From assembly GCF_028641065.1 (NCBI RefSeq), contig NC_073385.1:48360001-48424000 (forward strand): DNA of 64,000 nt, given 5' to 3'. This DNA comes from Leucoraja erinacea (taxonomy: Eukaryota). Every line of letters begins with the position of its first letter. Within the stretch, counting starts at the first letter, position 1. A program made the position numbers and the translations under genes. Positions 39,695 through 52,257 of this stretch are shown here, piece by piece. The notes under the pieces were generated by a model, which searched no databases, was not told the DNA's origin, and saw only the letters and a list, made by a program, of their open reading frames with translations.

Positions 39695-40380
39695 GAGGAG
39701 AGGGGGCGCTGTCCTGTACGGCTGCCAGTCCCGCAGCTGTCCGTTTTTTTCACTTCTTTTTTATTATTTTTAGTACATTAAATTGTGTAGTTGGGGGTGT
39801 AATCTTTTTATGTGTGTGGGGAGGGGGGGGGGAAGGGGGAAACTGTTTTTTCGAGTCCTTACCTGGTCAGAGAGGCTGCCTTCCTCCGAGCAGCAACTTC
39901 GACCCGCCCTCACAGCCTACCAGCGGGGCCTAGAGCGGAGTTTCCTGAGGGGACCTGGCCAGAACCTCGGCTTCGGCAGCGGCGCAGCGCTGGAGCGCTA
40001 TCGTGGAGCAGGCGATGCCTTGCCTGGGTCACCGCGCTGTTACTCCGGTATGCTGGGAACTGCCGATTGAACATTGCGGAGCTGCGGTCTGTGGAGCGGC
40101 CAGCTGCGGGTGGCAGTGCTGAACTTTACATCGGGAGCCTGGGATCTCCCGCCGAGATCGCCATGGTGGAGCTCCGCCCAGCGCGGCCTGTTGGCTTGGA
40201 AGCCGCGGTCTCTGGTAAGGAAGCGGCCGTTCCAGGCATCTCAAGCCGCTGAGAGGGTTCTCCTGACGCCGGAGCACCATCACCTGGCGAGAGGGCCTGA
40301 AACATCGGGCCTCCATAGCGGCGACTGTGGAGGCCTCAATAGGCCCGACCATGGGTGGACAAGAGGATGGGGACTGGACT
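39695..40380 (+). mobile_element. GC-rich non-coding repeat, 3'-truncated, related in layout to 9263-10086
   Basis: 5' ggcgc..gcagctgtccg-T-run, G-run, GC-rich body. Confidence 0.55.
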
Positions 40381-41336
40381 TCGAAATTTTTGCAAAGTAA
40401 TTAAAAATAAATAACTGAAATATCACATGTACGTAAGTATCCAGACCCTTTGCTATGACATTCAAATTTGAGCGTAGGTTCATCCGGTTTCCACTGATTA
40501 TCCTTGAGATGTTTCTACGACTTGATTGGAGTCTACCAGTGGTAAATTAAATCGATCGGACATGATTTGGAAAGGCACACACCTGTCTATATAAGGTCCC
40601 ACAGTTGACAGTGCATGTCAGAGCAAAAACCAAGCCATGAGGATGAAGGAATTGCCCGTGGAACTCCGAGACAGGATTGTGTTGAGACACAGATTTGGGG
40701 AAGGGTATAAAAAGATTTTTGCAGGACCCGAAGAGCACAGTGGCCTCCGTCATTCTTAAATAGAAGAACTTTGGAACCATCAGGACTCTTCATAGAGCTG
40801 GCCGCCCAGCCAAACTGAGCAATCGTGGGAGAAGGGCCTTGGTCAGGGAGATGAACAAGAACCCGATGGTCACTCTGACAGAGCTCGAGAGTTCCTCTGT
40901 GGAGATGGGGAAAACCTTCCAGAAGGACAACTATATCTCCACTCCACTTTATGGTAGAGTGGCCAGATGGAAGTCACTCCTCAGTAAAAGGCACATGACA
41001 GCCCACTTGGAGTTTTCCAAAAGGCACCAAAAGTACTCTCAGACCATGAGAAACAAGATTCTCTGGTCTGATGAAACCAAGTTCGAACTCTTTGGCCTGA
41101 ATGCTAAGCGTCACGTCTGGAGGAAACCAGGCACCGCTCATCACGGTGAAGCATGGTGGTGGCAGCATCATGCTGCGGGGATGTTTTATCAGTGGCAGGA
41201 ACTGGGAGATTGAGGGAAAGATGAACGGAGTAAAGTACAGTGATATCCTTGATGAAAACCTGATCCAGAGCGTTCTGAACCTCAGACTGGGGCGGAGGTT
41301 CACCTTCCAACAGAACACAACGACCCTAAGTACACA

Positions 41337-42667
41337 ATAGACAATAGACAATAGGTGCAGCAGTAGGCCATTCGGCCCTTCAAGACCAGCACCGCCATTC
41401 AATATGATCATGGCAGATCATCCCCAATCAGTACCCCGTTCCTGCCTTCTTCCCATATCCCCTGACTCCGCTATCTTTAAGAGCCCTATCTAGCTCGCTC
41501 TTGAAAGTATCCAGAGAACCGGCCAACACTGCCCTCTGAGGCAGAGAATTCCACAGACTCACAACTCTGTGTGAAAATATGTTTCCTCATCTCCATTCTA
41601 AATGGCTTACCCCTTATTCTTAAACTGTGGCCCCTGGTTCTGGACTCCCCCAACATCGGGAACTTGTTTCCTGCCGCTAGCGTGTCCAAACCCTTAATAA
41701 TCTTATATGTTTCAATGATCTCCTCTCATCCTTCTAAACTCCAGAGTATACAAGCCCAGCCGCTCCATTCTCTCAGCATATGAGTCCCGCCATCTCGGAA
41801 ATTAAGCTTGTAAACCTACGCTGCACTCCCTCAATAGCAAGAATGTCCTTCCTCAAATTAGGGGACCAAAATTGCACACAATACTCCAGGTGTGGTCTCA
41901 CTAGGGCCCTACACAACTGCAGAAGGACCTTTTTCCTCCTATACTCAACTCCTCGTGTTATGAAGGCCAACATGCCATTCGCTTCCTTCATTGCCTGCTG
42001 TACCTGCATGCTTACTTTAATTGACTGATGAACAAGGACCTCCAGATCCCATTGTACTTCCCCTTTTCCCAATTTGACACCATTTAGTTAATAATCAGTC
42101 TTCCTGTTTTTGCTACCAGTGGATAACCTCATATTTATCCACATTAAACTGCATCTGCCACTCACCCAGCCTTTCCAAGTTATCCTGCATTTTCATAGCA
42201 TTCGCATCACAATTCACACTGCCACCCAGCTTTGTGTCATCTGCAAATTTGTTTATGTTACTTTGAATCCCTTCATCTAAATCATTGATATATATTGTAA
42301 ATAGCTGCAGTCCCAGCACTGAGCCTTGCGGTACTACACTAGTCATTGCCTGCCATTCTGAAAGGGACCTTTTAATCCTCACTCCTTTGTTTCTTGTCTG
42401 CCAACCCCTTCTCTATCCCTGTCAGCACTCTACCGCCAATACCATGTACCCTAATTTTGCCCACTAATCTCTTATGTGGGACCTTATCAAATGTTTTCTG
42501 AGATCCACGTACACTACATCCACTGGCTCTCCCTTGTCCAGTTTCCTAGTTACATCTTCAAAAAATTCTAGAAGATTAGTCAAGCATGATTTCCCCTTGG
42601 TAAATCCATGCTGACTTGGACCGATCCTGTTACTGCTGTCCGAATGTGCCGCTATTTCATCTTTTAT
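41337..42667 (-). mobile_element. CR1 LINE 3' ~1.3 kb nested in Tc1
   Basis: QHGFTKGKSCLTNLLEFFE, FADDTKLGG, LVRPHLEYCVQFWSP; (atagaca)n tail; Tc1 sequence rejoins across it. Confidence 0.92.
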
Positions 42668-42914
42668 ACAGCCAAGACAACGCAGGAGTGGCTTTGTGAC
42701 AAGTATGTGAATGTCCTTGAGTGGCCCAGCAAGAGCCCGTTCTTGAACCCGATCGAACATCCCTGGAGGGGCCTGAAAATAGCTGTGCATCGACGCTCCC
42801 CATCCAACCTGACAGAGCTTGAGAGGATCTGCAGAGAAGAATGGGAGAAATTACCCAATACAGGTGTGTCAAGCTTGTAGCGTCATACCCAAGAAGACTT
42901 GACGCTGTAATCTC

Positions 42915-44249
42915 CAGGGACGTGCGGTCAGGGGAGGCAGAGCCTCACCTGTCATACTCCCAATGAAAATTGCTGTCAAGAAAAGTAAAGAAAAATAATA
43001 ATAAAATAAAATAAATATTAAGATTTTTCCACTGATCTGTTATAAATGTAATTTCTATATGAATCTAATCATTTTTTATAGTAAAAATCGCAAAATTTTT
43101 GCAGCTCTGCTGCACATACATGGAGAGATGAGAGGTGAGGCAGCGACGAGCTGAGCCTCCCCTTTGATTGCGCAACCCCTTAGAAACTGCATGGAGCGCG
43201 GGCAATAAGTGTGTGCCTGTTACCATCTCTATGTATGTCACCAAAGTAATGTGTGTAAACCCCTTCATTACATGTCCTTACCTTCCATAGTCCAGGTAAC
43301 GTATTTCACATATAAAGATATTAAATTTGTGCTCGCTGGTCTCACATAAAACTGCATTGAAAAAGCTCCAGGGGAGGCAGCGATCACGTCTGCCTCACAA
43401 GGGGGCATGTCTTGAGCCCAGTGGAGGAAGAACGAGCGTCAATTGACGTTACGTCACTCTTCCTCCACGTTAGCTAGCTTCAGCAGCGGCGGCGCAGACC
43501 AAAGATCATGGAGCGGAACAAGATACGCCACTTGGGAAGGTAGACTTTGTCGGTACATTAGAAAGTTATTCGATTAAAAAAAAAATAGATCTATACATCA
43601 CAATAATAAAGTCATCAATTTTTGTACTTCTATACATTTTTGTTTAGTTCAAGGCAGGAGTCTCCAAAATATGGCCCACGGGACACATCAGGCCCACTAC
43701 CTGATTTTTCAAGCTCAGATTCGAGTCGGGAAGCGCGGCGGCCCGTGGCTGCTCTTCGTGTTGTTAACGGTTAGATCCCTCAAATTGTCAGCCGAGACAT
43801 CACTGAGCCGCAGTGAAGAGGGTGCAATGGTGCGGTGGGGGGGTTCGGCGGCGGTCAGAATGGGACGACTGCGGGTTATAACGTGCCATCGTTCCTCTCT
43901 CCCTTCTCTCTCTCTACCACTTCTCTCTCTCTCCCCATTCTCTCTCTCTCTCCTTTCTCTCCATCCATCTCTCTCCCNNNNNNNNNNNNNNNNNNNNNNN
44001 NNNNNNNNNNNNNNNNNNNNNNNNNNNNNNNNNNNNNNNNNNNNNNNNNNNNNNNNNNNNNNNNNNNNNNNNNNNNNNNNNNNNNNNNNNNNNNNNNNNN
44101 NNNNNNNNNNNNNNNNCTATCCTTTCCTCCCAGCCACGGCTGCACACCTCTCTCTCTCCTCGGGGAGATGCGCTGATCAATACAGGGAGGGCCGGGCCAC
44201 TGATACTAGCCAGTGCCTCCCCAGCCATTGACCTCACCGCCCGTGCCTG
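42915..44249. mobile_element. Non-autonomous hAT-type element nested in Tc1
   Basis: TIRs CAGGGACGTGCGGTCAGG / CCTCACCGCCCGTGCCTG; 8-bp TSD gtaatctc / gtaatcgc (42907-42914, 44250-44257). Confidence 0.85.
43978..44116. other. Assembly gap (139 N) in CT-rich low-complexity sequence
   Basis: N run. Confidence 1.
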
Positions 44250-44989
44250 GTAATCGCTGCCAAAAGTGCCTCAACAGAGTACTGAGTAAAGGGTCTGCTT
44301 ACTTACGTAAATGTGGTATTTCATTTATTTCTTTTTAATTACTTTGCAAACATTTCTAAATACCTGTTTTCGCTTTTTTATTATGGGGTATTGTGTGTAG
44401 ATTGATGATCAAAAAATGAATTTAATCCATTTTAGAATAAGGCTGTAACGTTAACAAAATGTGGAAAAAGTAAAGGGGTCTGAATACTTTCTGAATGCAC
44501 TGTATGCAATGTTTAGAAGCAACTCCTGTGATCAACTAGTTTTAAACTGAAAAGAGGATTGTCTTGGGATTATCAATGAACACTTTGGATGCATTGTTCC
44601 CAAAATCTGTGAAACGTTGTATTCTGAAATCACCTTTGAAAATTCTGCATTATGAAATCCCCTTAGTGTCTTCAGATAGTTTTGCTTCAATGCTTATTTC
44701 CATGACACAAATTAAATGTAATATGAATGATGAATTAGGGAACACCATTTTGTATTACTTGGGCAGAATTGGTTGTAATGTGATTTGGAACTGGAATGTA
44801 ATTTAAAAGTTACTCTTGAAAATAACAAGCAGAATAAAATAGCTACCTTGGGAAAAAAAAAATCGGTACTGGAAGAAAAAACTCTTTATATCTAACCTCC
44901 CTGCAGTGTTCAGACGCCATGCTGACAAAAATGGCCCATCCAGCATTTGTGTCAACCTTCGATTTTCCAGCATCTGCAGTTCCTTCTTA

Positions 44990-46045
44990 AACTTATGTCC
45001 TCTAGTTCTTGATTCCCATACGTGGGTAAAATACTGTGTTTTCACCCTATCTACCTCCTTCATGATTTTAAACATCTCTATATGCTCATCCGTCAGCCTT
45101 CTGTGCTCAACGGGATAAAGTCCAAGCCTATCAACCTTTCCCCATAGTTCAGGCCCTCAAATCCTGGCAACATCCTTGTCTTATCTTCTCTGCATTCTTT
45201 CCAGCTTAATGACATCTTTCCTCAGCAGGGTGACCAAAACTGAATACGATATTTCAAATGCGGCCTCACCAACGTCGTGCACAAATGCGGCCTCACCAAC
45301 TTCCATACGATACCCTGACTGATGAAGGCCAATGTACTGAAAGCCTTTTTGACTATCCTAGCTACCTGTGATGCCACTTTCACTGAACTATGTACCTGTA
45401 CTGCTGGGTCCTACAGCTCCACACCTTCCCCAGGGTCCCGCCATTCAATGTGAAGGTCCTTCCCTATTTTGACTTCACTAAAATGCAACACCTCACACTT
45501 ATCTGCATCAAATTCCATTAACTATTCCTCAGCCTACTTATCCAGCTGATCAAATTCCTGCTGTAATTTTTGATAACTATCTTTGTTATCTATGATACCA
45601 CCCACTTTAGTGTCATCTGCAAACTTACTAATCACGCCTTCTTCATTCTCATCCAAGTCATTGATATAAACCACAAACAGCAATGGGCCCAGCACTGATT
45701 CCTCAGACACACTGAAAGTCAGAGTCCTCCAGTTGGAAAAGAAACCTTCCAACGTCAACCTCGGCTTCCTTCCATGAAGCCAATTCTCTATCCAGTGGCT
45801 AGCTCTCCAGGATCTCATGCGATCTAAATTTCCAGAACAGCCTGCCATGCAGAACCTTATCATATGACTTGCTGAAGTTCATATAGACCACGTCCATGGC
45901 TTTACCCTCACCAACCTTTTTGTTGACTTAAAAAAACTCAACAAGTTCTCCCAGGGCCAAAACAATGCTGACTGTCTCTAATCAGCCCAGGTCTATCCAA
46001 ATGCATATATATCCAATTCCTCAGAATCCTCTCCAGCAACTTCTT
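44990..46045 (-). mobile_element. CR1 RT fragment
   Basis: WIENWLHGRK..SVLGPLLFVVYINDLD..KFADDTKVGG. Confidence 0.85.
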
Positions 46046-46849
46046 GATGCAGTCTCATTCGAAACTGATGGGAATATAGACAGTAAAATGGATGATATTT
46101 TCGCACATTTTATTCAAATGCTTTTTAGTTTACCAGGATGTCTGAAGTGGCATGGGGAATCAACAAAGAATCCTACAGGATCTTGAATCTTAATAAAGTT
46201 GGTTATGATAGATTGGTTAACTACATTATAAGGCATATGGTAAACATTCAATGACTAACATCAAATAATTAATACATAATTTAGTAAATATAAGAACCTT
46301 AAATGAACAGAATCCCAACAGGTGCAGTGGTCTAGCCATGGATACCAAGAAAGTATCAGATGAAAGGAAAGTTGTTTCAAAAAGAGCAGTAATCATGGCA
46401 ATTAGGTAAATTTCACATTACAGCAAAGGACCAAGAAATTGATTTGAAAATGTTAGGCGGATCACAAGCAACATATAAACTGCTGAAGCCTCTCTATGAA
46501 TATAGAAAGGAAAGGATGTGTTTATTAGCAAACAGAAGAAATTAAACAAGCATGTTATATCTATTTACTGTGAAGGCAAAAATCCTCCTAGATATCATGG
46601 AGAATAGGTTTAGACTGGATGAAAAACAAATAGCTTTACTTAAGCAAAACATTGGAGGAATAAATGTGGCAGAGGGCTGATAAATCACCACCATGTGATA
46701 ACCTGCAATCCTATGTTTTGAAAGAGATGGTGCTGGAGATAGTGGATGCATCTTCCATAATTCCCATGTTTAAGAAAGGAGATAAAGGGAAGAAAAACAC
46801 AGCAAACCACTTAGGCTGACATGGATAACAGAGCAAAAAAAATAAAACT

Positions 46850-47890
46850 GTAGATGAGCACTTATTTTATCACTTGTGTTGCCAATTTCCACCCTGTTAT
46901 CACATTTATGCAACTCATCTCTGACATTATCCTTCCATTTCTGGATCACTCTGTGTCCATCTCAGGAGATAGGCTAACTACTAACATCCTTCACAAGGCT
47001 CCCCAGACTCCTGCAGCTTCATTTGAGTATATGTCATTTCACTCCCCCTTGTGTGCGAATGTCAATTATTTTTCTCAGTTTCTTCATCTCAGCCATAGTT
47101 GTTCCATGAAGACACCTTCAGTTCTGGTGCTTCTAAAGTATCCTCCATTTTCCTGAAATGTGGTTTCCCTTCTGCATTGCACATGGAGCACTCACCTGCA
47201 TTTCTTCAATTTCCTGTATGTCCGCTTTCACCCTCATCTCCTGGAATAGTTCAAAGATCCAACGGTTTATCCCTCCCAATTTCTGCCAGATCCAGCGTGA
47301 TCCTACCACCAGTCACATCTGCCCCTCTCTTCATTTTCTGAATTCCACAGGGAATTACTTCACAATTCCCCAATTGACTCTTCCATCACGCCACTTCCTG
47401 GCCCATTGTACGTTGCCATGGAACAGGAGGAGATGCAACACCTGTTCAAACCAGGTGGAGCAACAGGTCATTTGTACTCCCTCCAATTTAGTGTACTATT
47501 TTCGATGTTGATTACTATTGTGGCTTTCTCTACAATGGAGAAACCAAATACTTGGCGATTGTTTTACAAAAAACCTTCGCTCAATCTGCGGAAGCGAATC
47601 TGAAATTCTTTTGCCTGCCATTTTAATTTACCATGACACTCCCACTCTCACCTCTCTGCCTGTAACCTCCGACACTGTTATAATGAGGCCCAAAGTAAGC
47701 TCAAGGACCAATACCTCTATGCATCCCAGAGGAACATGTTTTTGTATGAAAGCGACCCAAAGGCTATGGGTTAGTGGAGAAAAATAGTGATGAGGAAATA
47801 TTAGTCAGAGCATAGGGTCAAGTGCCCAACCTCCAGCTTATTGTGTCTATCTTCAGTTTAAACCAGCATCTGCAGTTCCTTCCTACTACA
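46850..47890 (+). mobile_element. Old Penelope RT/GIY-YIG remnant
   Basis: ANFHP.I.F..ISD..LPFLD.SVSISGDRLTT, FSQFL, SNLVY remnants plus terminal sequence at ~47830-47885. Confidence 0.75.
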
Positions 47891-49529
47891 CTCTGCATCT
47901 TTTTTTTTTTGTTGTTCTTATTTCCCCTTACTTGGCCTAGACCCCAATTCCTACTTATTTAGTAATTTATTCTAATATTTGCCAAATGTTTTCCTTTCCT
48001 TGTGTTATCTTCAACGTCGCACAAAGACACTGATGCACAATGGGAAGCTGCCAATGAAATGCCATTTTATGGCTTTGTAGAACAGAAGTTGTTACTTTCA
48101 ATAGTCATTCTTTGGTACCTGAAAAGAGAAATAGTAATTGGAAAGCAATCTATATCTGATTACAGGAAGTGCTTGACAAAGGAATAACAATACATTGGAA
48201 CATTTCAAGATATAGGGGTAAACCACACAATACCTAAAAATCTACACACTGTGAGAAGTAAATGAACATCACAGGAGGAAAAAAGAGGTTATTTGACCCA
48301 TAGTGTGCTAACTACCCAATTATTGCTGATGGTACTGCTTTTCTCCCCATATTTTTGTATTTTGTTTTATTCTTCTAGTAATTGTATAATTCTGTTTTGA
48401 ATGTTACCATTGAATCTCCTTCCCCTGTCTTTTCAGGAAGTTGCAGCAATTTGCCATGTGAACATTTCTTAAATTGTTCTTTGGGTTCTTTTTACCAATC
48501 TACTGACCTTGTTTAAAAGAAGAAAAAGGAATCTTTTGATTAATTCTGTCAAACATTACCTGGATTTTGAACACCACTCTCAAAAATGTACTTAACCTTT
48601 TCATCTTGAAAGAGAACCATTGAGTGTTTCCACATGACTAAAGTCCTTCGTCGCCGTCTCTTTCACATCATGGCAATGGCATCCTTCCTCAGGGTGCTAC
48701 AGAAAATTGAACATCACTGCAGCTGGGATCCAACATTACTAATCTAAATTTATCATGGAGCTCCATGCTTTTGTACTCTATAGATAAAGCAAATTATCCC
48801 ATATACATTTCTAATGAGGCCTTCCTAACAGGTACTGCTACTGTCAAAGATGTTGTCCAAACATGGCTAGGTTTCTGCTGTTAAACTTTAGTTCAGGGTA
48901 ACCTACTCACATCCTGTCGATCAAAATGTATCACTCTGCACTTCTCTTTGTTAATGTACTTCACTATGAATGAATGTCGGCAGCATAATGGTGATGATGC
49001 TCCATGGATAGATGTGATGGAATTAACCTCCTTATCCTCATCCTGTGAATACAATACATTGGTGATGAGACTTTCCCAATTGCAATATTTAGACTGTTAT
49101 TAAATGTTCTTTTTATTCTACAAGTAAAACTGAAATTCAAAATTAATCGTTTTAAATTTATATTGGACAAGAATGAGGGAGAATCAGTTTGTTGATTGTT
49201 ACTGACATAAAGCAACTATTGAGGAAAGTGTGAAGTTAAAAAATATCATTTTCTCTTTCTAGTACATGTTCTGCTCACCTTAGTGAAATTACAATTGGAA
49301 AGAGCATAATAATGAAAACTGTAGACATATCAGTAGTCCTAAGGCGTCTAAACTCTCTTGGCATTGGAGAAGGTGTTCCTTAATAGCAATGCACAATAAA
49401 AAAAGAACAGATTTATTGAGTGTAAAATTTCAAAGCTATTTTCCAAATTGCACCGTGACAATGTAACTACGGCACAACACAGCGAGAAATGTTTCTTTTA
49501 AAAACATTGAATATCTTCTCAGATAAATT

Positions 49530-50345
49530 TTAACAATGATCAAAGATTTTTATTAATATTTAATATCATTACAGAAAATGTTATGGTACAGTGTTGTTAA
49601 ATGTCTTTCATTGCTAGGAATTACCACATGATTTGCTGGTACACTATTATCTGTACAATATCAATCTTTGTATTACTGTACACTTTTTTTTTAAATTGGT
49701 AAAAAGGCTGTCAGCACTTAAGGAAGCAATTTCTTTGTTCAAACGAAAGATTTCCAATTCCTGTCCAACTAGGTGGTCAGCTGAGACAGGTGGCTTCTGA
49801 GAAATGTCCCAGACGATGGCACTGAAAGGGTAATATACCGATCCAGTCCAGTCCAGCCACTCTGCTTTTGGCACTGAGCACATGAACACAAGATACAAGA
49901 TAAAGAACAAGCAAAGCTCTTTGTGAAGCAATTATGTTGCGTACTAATAAGGATAATAGCTGTGTTTATCTAAGCTGGTATAAAGTAAGCAGACAGCCTT
50001 GCTAGTAGCATAAGTATCTGTATCTGAGGATGAGAAAACACAAGTTTAGCAGGCACCTACTGCTGTCTATCAAAAGCTACTGCTATTAGACCTGGCATTA
50101 AACACACAAAGCAACTGTAATGAAAGAGAAACTTTGCCCTGGATATGATACAGAATGGATTCAATGGATTTCTTTTCTCTCTCTCCCGTTTCATTTACTT
50201 TATCTGATTTCTTTTTGAAATTACTTCAAGATCTCAACAACATTGGTCAATTTTATCCAAGTCATTTAAAACTAACGGTGCCGTTCCATTACAGGATAGA
50301 GTCAATGATATGTAGACATGCACCAACCCTCCTCTTGTGGTGACA
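49530..50345 (-). other. GPHN: GPHN 3'UTR
   Basis: Repeat-free stretch after the stop codon that ends at an AATAAA; blocks resemble the mammalian GPHN 3'UTR as I recall it. The 3' end is approximate. Confidence 0.8.
49549..49554 (-). terminator. Polyadenylation signal AATAAA of GPHN
   Basis: tttatt on the + strand, ~790 nt downstream of the stop, at the end of the conserved-looking UTR. Confidence 0.7.
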
Positions 50346-50504
<159 letters not shown>

Positions 50505-51010
50505 TTAAATCTAGGAGAAAATCATTGCAGATGGAACCAGAACAGAAAATGCAGTACAAGCAGACTGCATCTGAAGTAATGTTTCAGGTTAATGACCTTT
50601 CATCTTCATTGGCAGTGATGGATGTAGTGGCCATTTGGCCTGTTTTGCATGCCATTGATGATGGCATGTGCCTTTAAATTTTAGACTGCCCGTTATATTG
50701 TGGGTGGGATTTATGATGTGCTTTTGGGTGTGTTTGGAGCTTAGATGCTTGCTCAGAAGTCTAGGTTTTTAGATTAGTTTGGAGAGCCGATGGGGAAGGT
50801 TAACCCTTCTACCATGCGGGATCATGCGGGCCATGCAGGCCACATGCCAGATCTTGCCAGTGTTACGGAGACACAAGGAGTTTTCTAATGTCTAAAGTAA
50901 TAAGCTGGAGTTTGAAGAAGATTGTTGTAACGAGTCGGAAGAAATTTGGATGTGTCTCACTGTTTTCTATCAACAATAAAGCATTTATTCATCAAAAGAC
51001 TGTGTTTTGA

Positions 51011-52257
51011 AGCCATATCTGAGAAGAAGCTCTGATGGTCTCTGTGAGTGAGCTTGCGTGCGTTTGGATGACACCCCCTTCAACCATTCTCATCCAAATA
51101 GCGGCTAGGGTGCTAATTACCTGAAAGATTTGAAAATCTGCCATTACAATGGAGGAATTACAAAAATAATGTTATCAAAACTTGTGGATTAAACTAAGTG
51201 GGCAAACTCATGCTATTTCCTTAATTCCACTCACTTATCAATCTCTATTATTCACAGGCATGTTTCCCAATTCACCAACCATTTAACATTACTTTTGCTA
51301 TATACTGCCTCAGTGACCATCACGGATACTGACTTTCCCACCAGTAAAACGATCTGTAATAGGCATTGACTTAATAATGCAGCCAATGTCATCAAAGATC
51401 CATACCACCCAGCCCATGGTCTCATTTCCTTCCTACCATCGGGAAGGCCTGATAACCCTAACCACCAGGTTCAAGAACAGCTTCTTTCCAGCAACCATCA
51501 GGCTACTGGACACTAAACAACACTATCCTCAGCAACTTTGACCTTCTATCCACTCTGTCTTTAATTGCACTATGAATTTGTTTCTCTTGTCCTATTAACG
51601 TTCCAGAATTAATTTACTATAGTTTTGATTATTATATATTATCTGTATATTATTGCATTTGCAGACTTGTTAAACTGCTGCAAGTAAAAATTAAATTGTT
51701 CCATTGTCTCTTGCAAACTTCTATAGATGTACCATGGAAAGCACATTGCTGTTTTGGGAACAGCTCTGCCCAAGACCTCAAGTTGGAGATGTAGCCTGGT
51801 ACTTCACATATATCAGACTTCCCACCATTAACATCTTGGACTAGCAGACAACATAATCAAAGACTTGTCCCACCCCAGTCATTCCTTCTTCTCTGTTCTC
51901 ATCTGGCAGAATGCACAGAAGTTTGAAAGCGCACACCAAAAAACTTGGTAAACTGGACAAAGAAATGGCAGATGGAATGTAACTCAGAATGTATTTTGGG
52001 AAGTTAAACCAGGGCAGAATATACACGGTGAAATATAGGGTCCCGGGGAATGCTGTAGAATAGAGCCCACTTAGTTTAATCCACAAGTTTTGATAACATT
52101 ATTTTTGTAATTCCTCCATTGTAACGGCAGATTTTCAAATCTTTCAGGCAATTAGCACCCTAGCCGCTATTTGGATGAGAATGGTTGAAGGGGGTGTCTT
52201 CCAAACGCACGCGAGCTCACTCACAGAGACCATCAGAGCTTCTTCTCAGATATGGCT
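51011..52257. repeat. 193-bp inverted repeat (arms 51011-51203 and 52065-52257) in the last GPHN intron
   Basis: Arms are reverse complements with 4 mismatches by my count; spacer 861 bp. Confidence 0.95.

Larger units (their letters stand above)
40384..44502 (+). mobile_element. Tc1/mariner (IR-DR type) transposon, decayed, split by CR1 and hAT insertions
   Basis: Transposase ATG at 40637; NKILWSDETK, VKHGGGSIM, FTFQQ, SP.LNPIEH motifs; full right TIR ending gaatgcactg|TA at 44502; only the inner part of the left TIR survives. Confidence 0.93.

Noticed and set aside
43671-44237. ORFs of 89-186 aa
   Set aside because: They span the N gap and CT-rich low-complexity sequence.
51011-52257. DNA transposon with 193-bp TIRs
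   Set aside because: No TSD, no transposase, and arm 2 alone interrupts a CR1 that continues on both sides of it.
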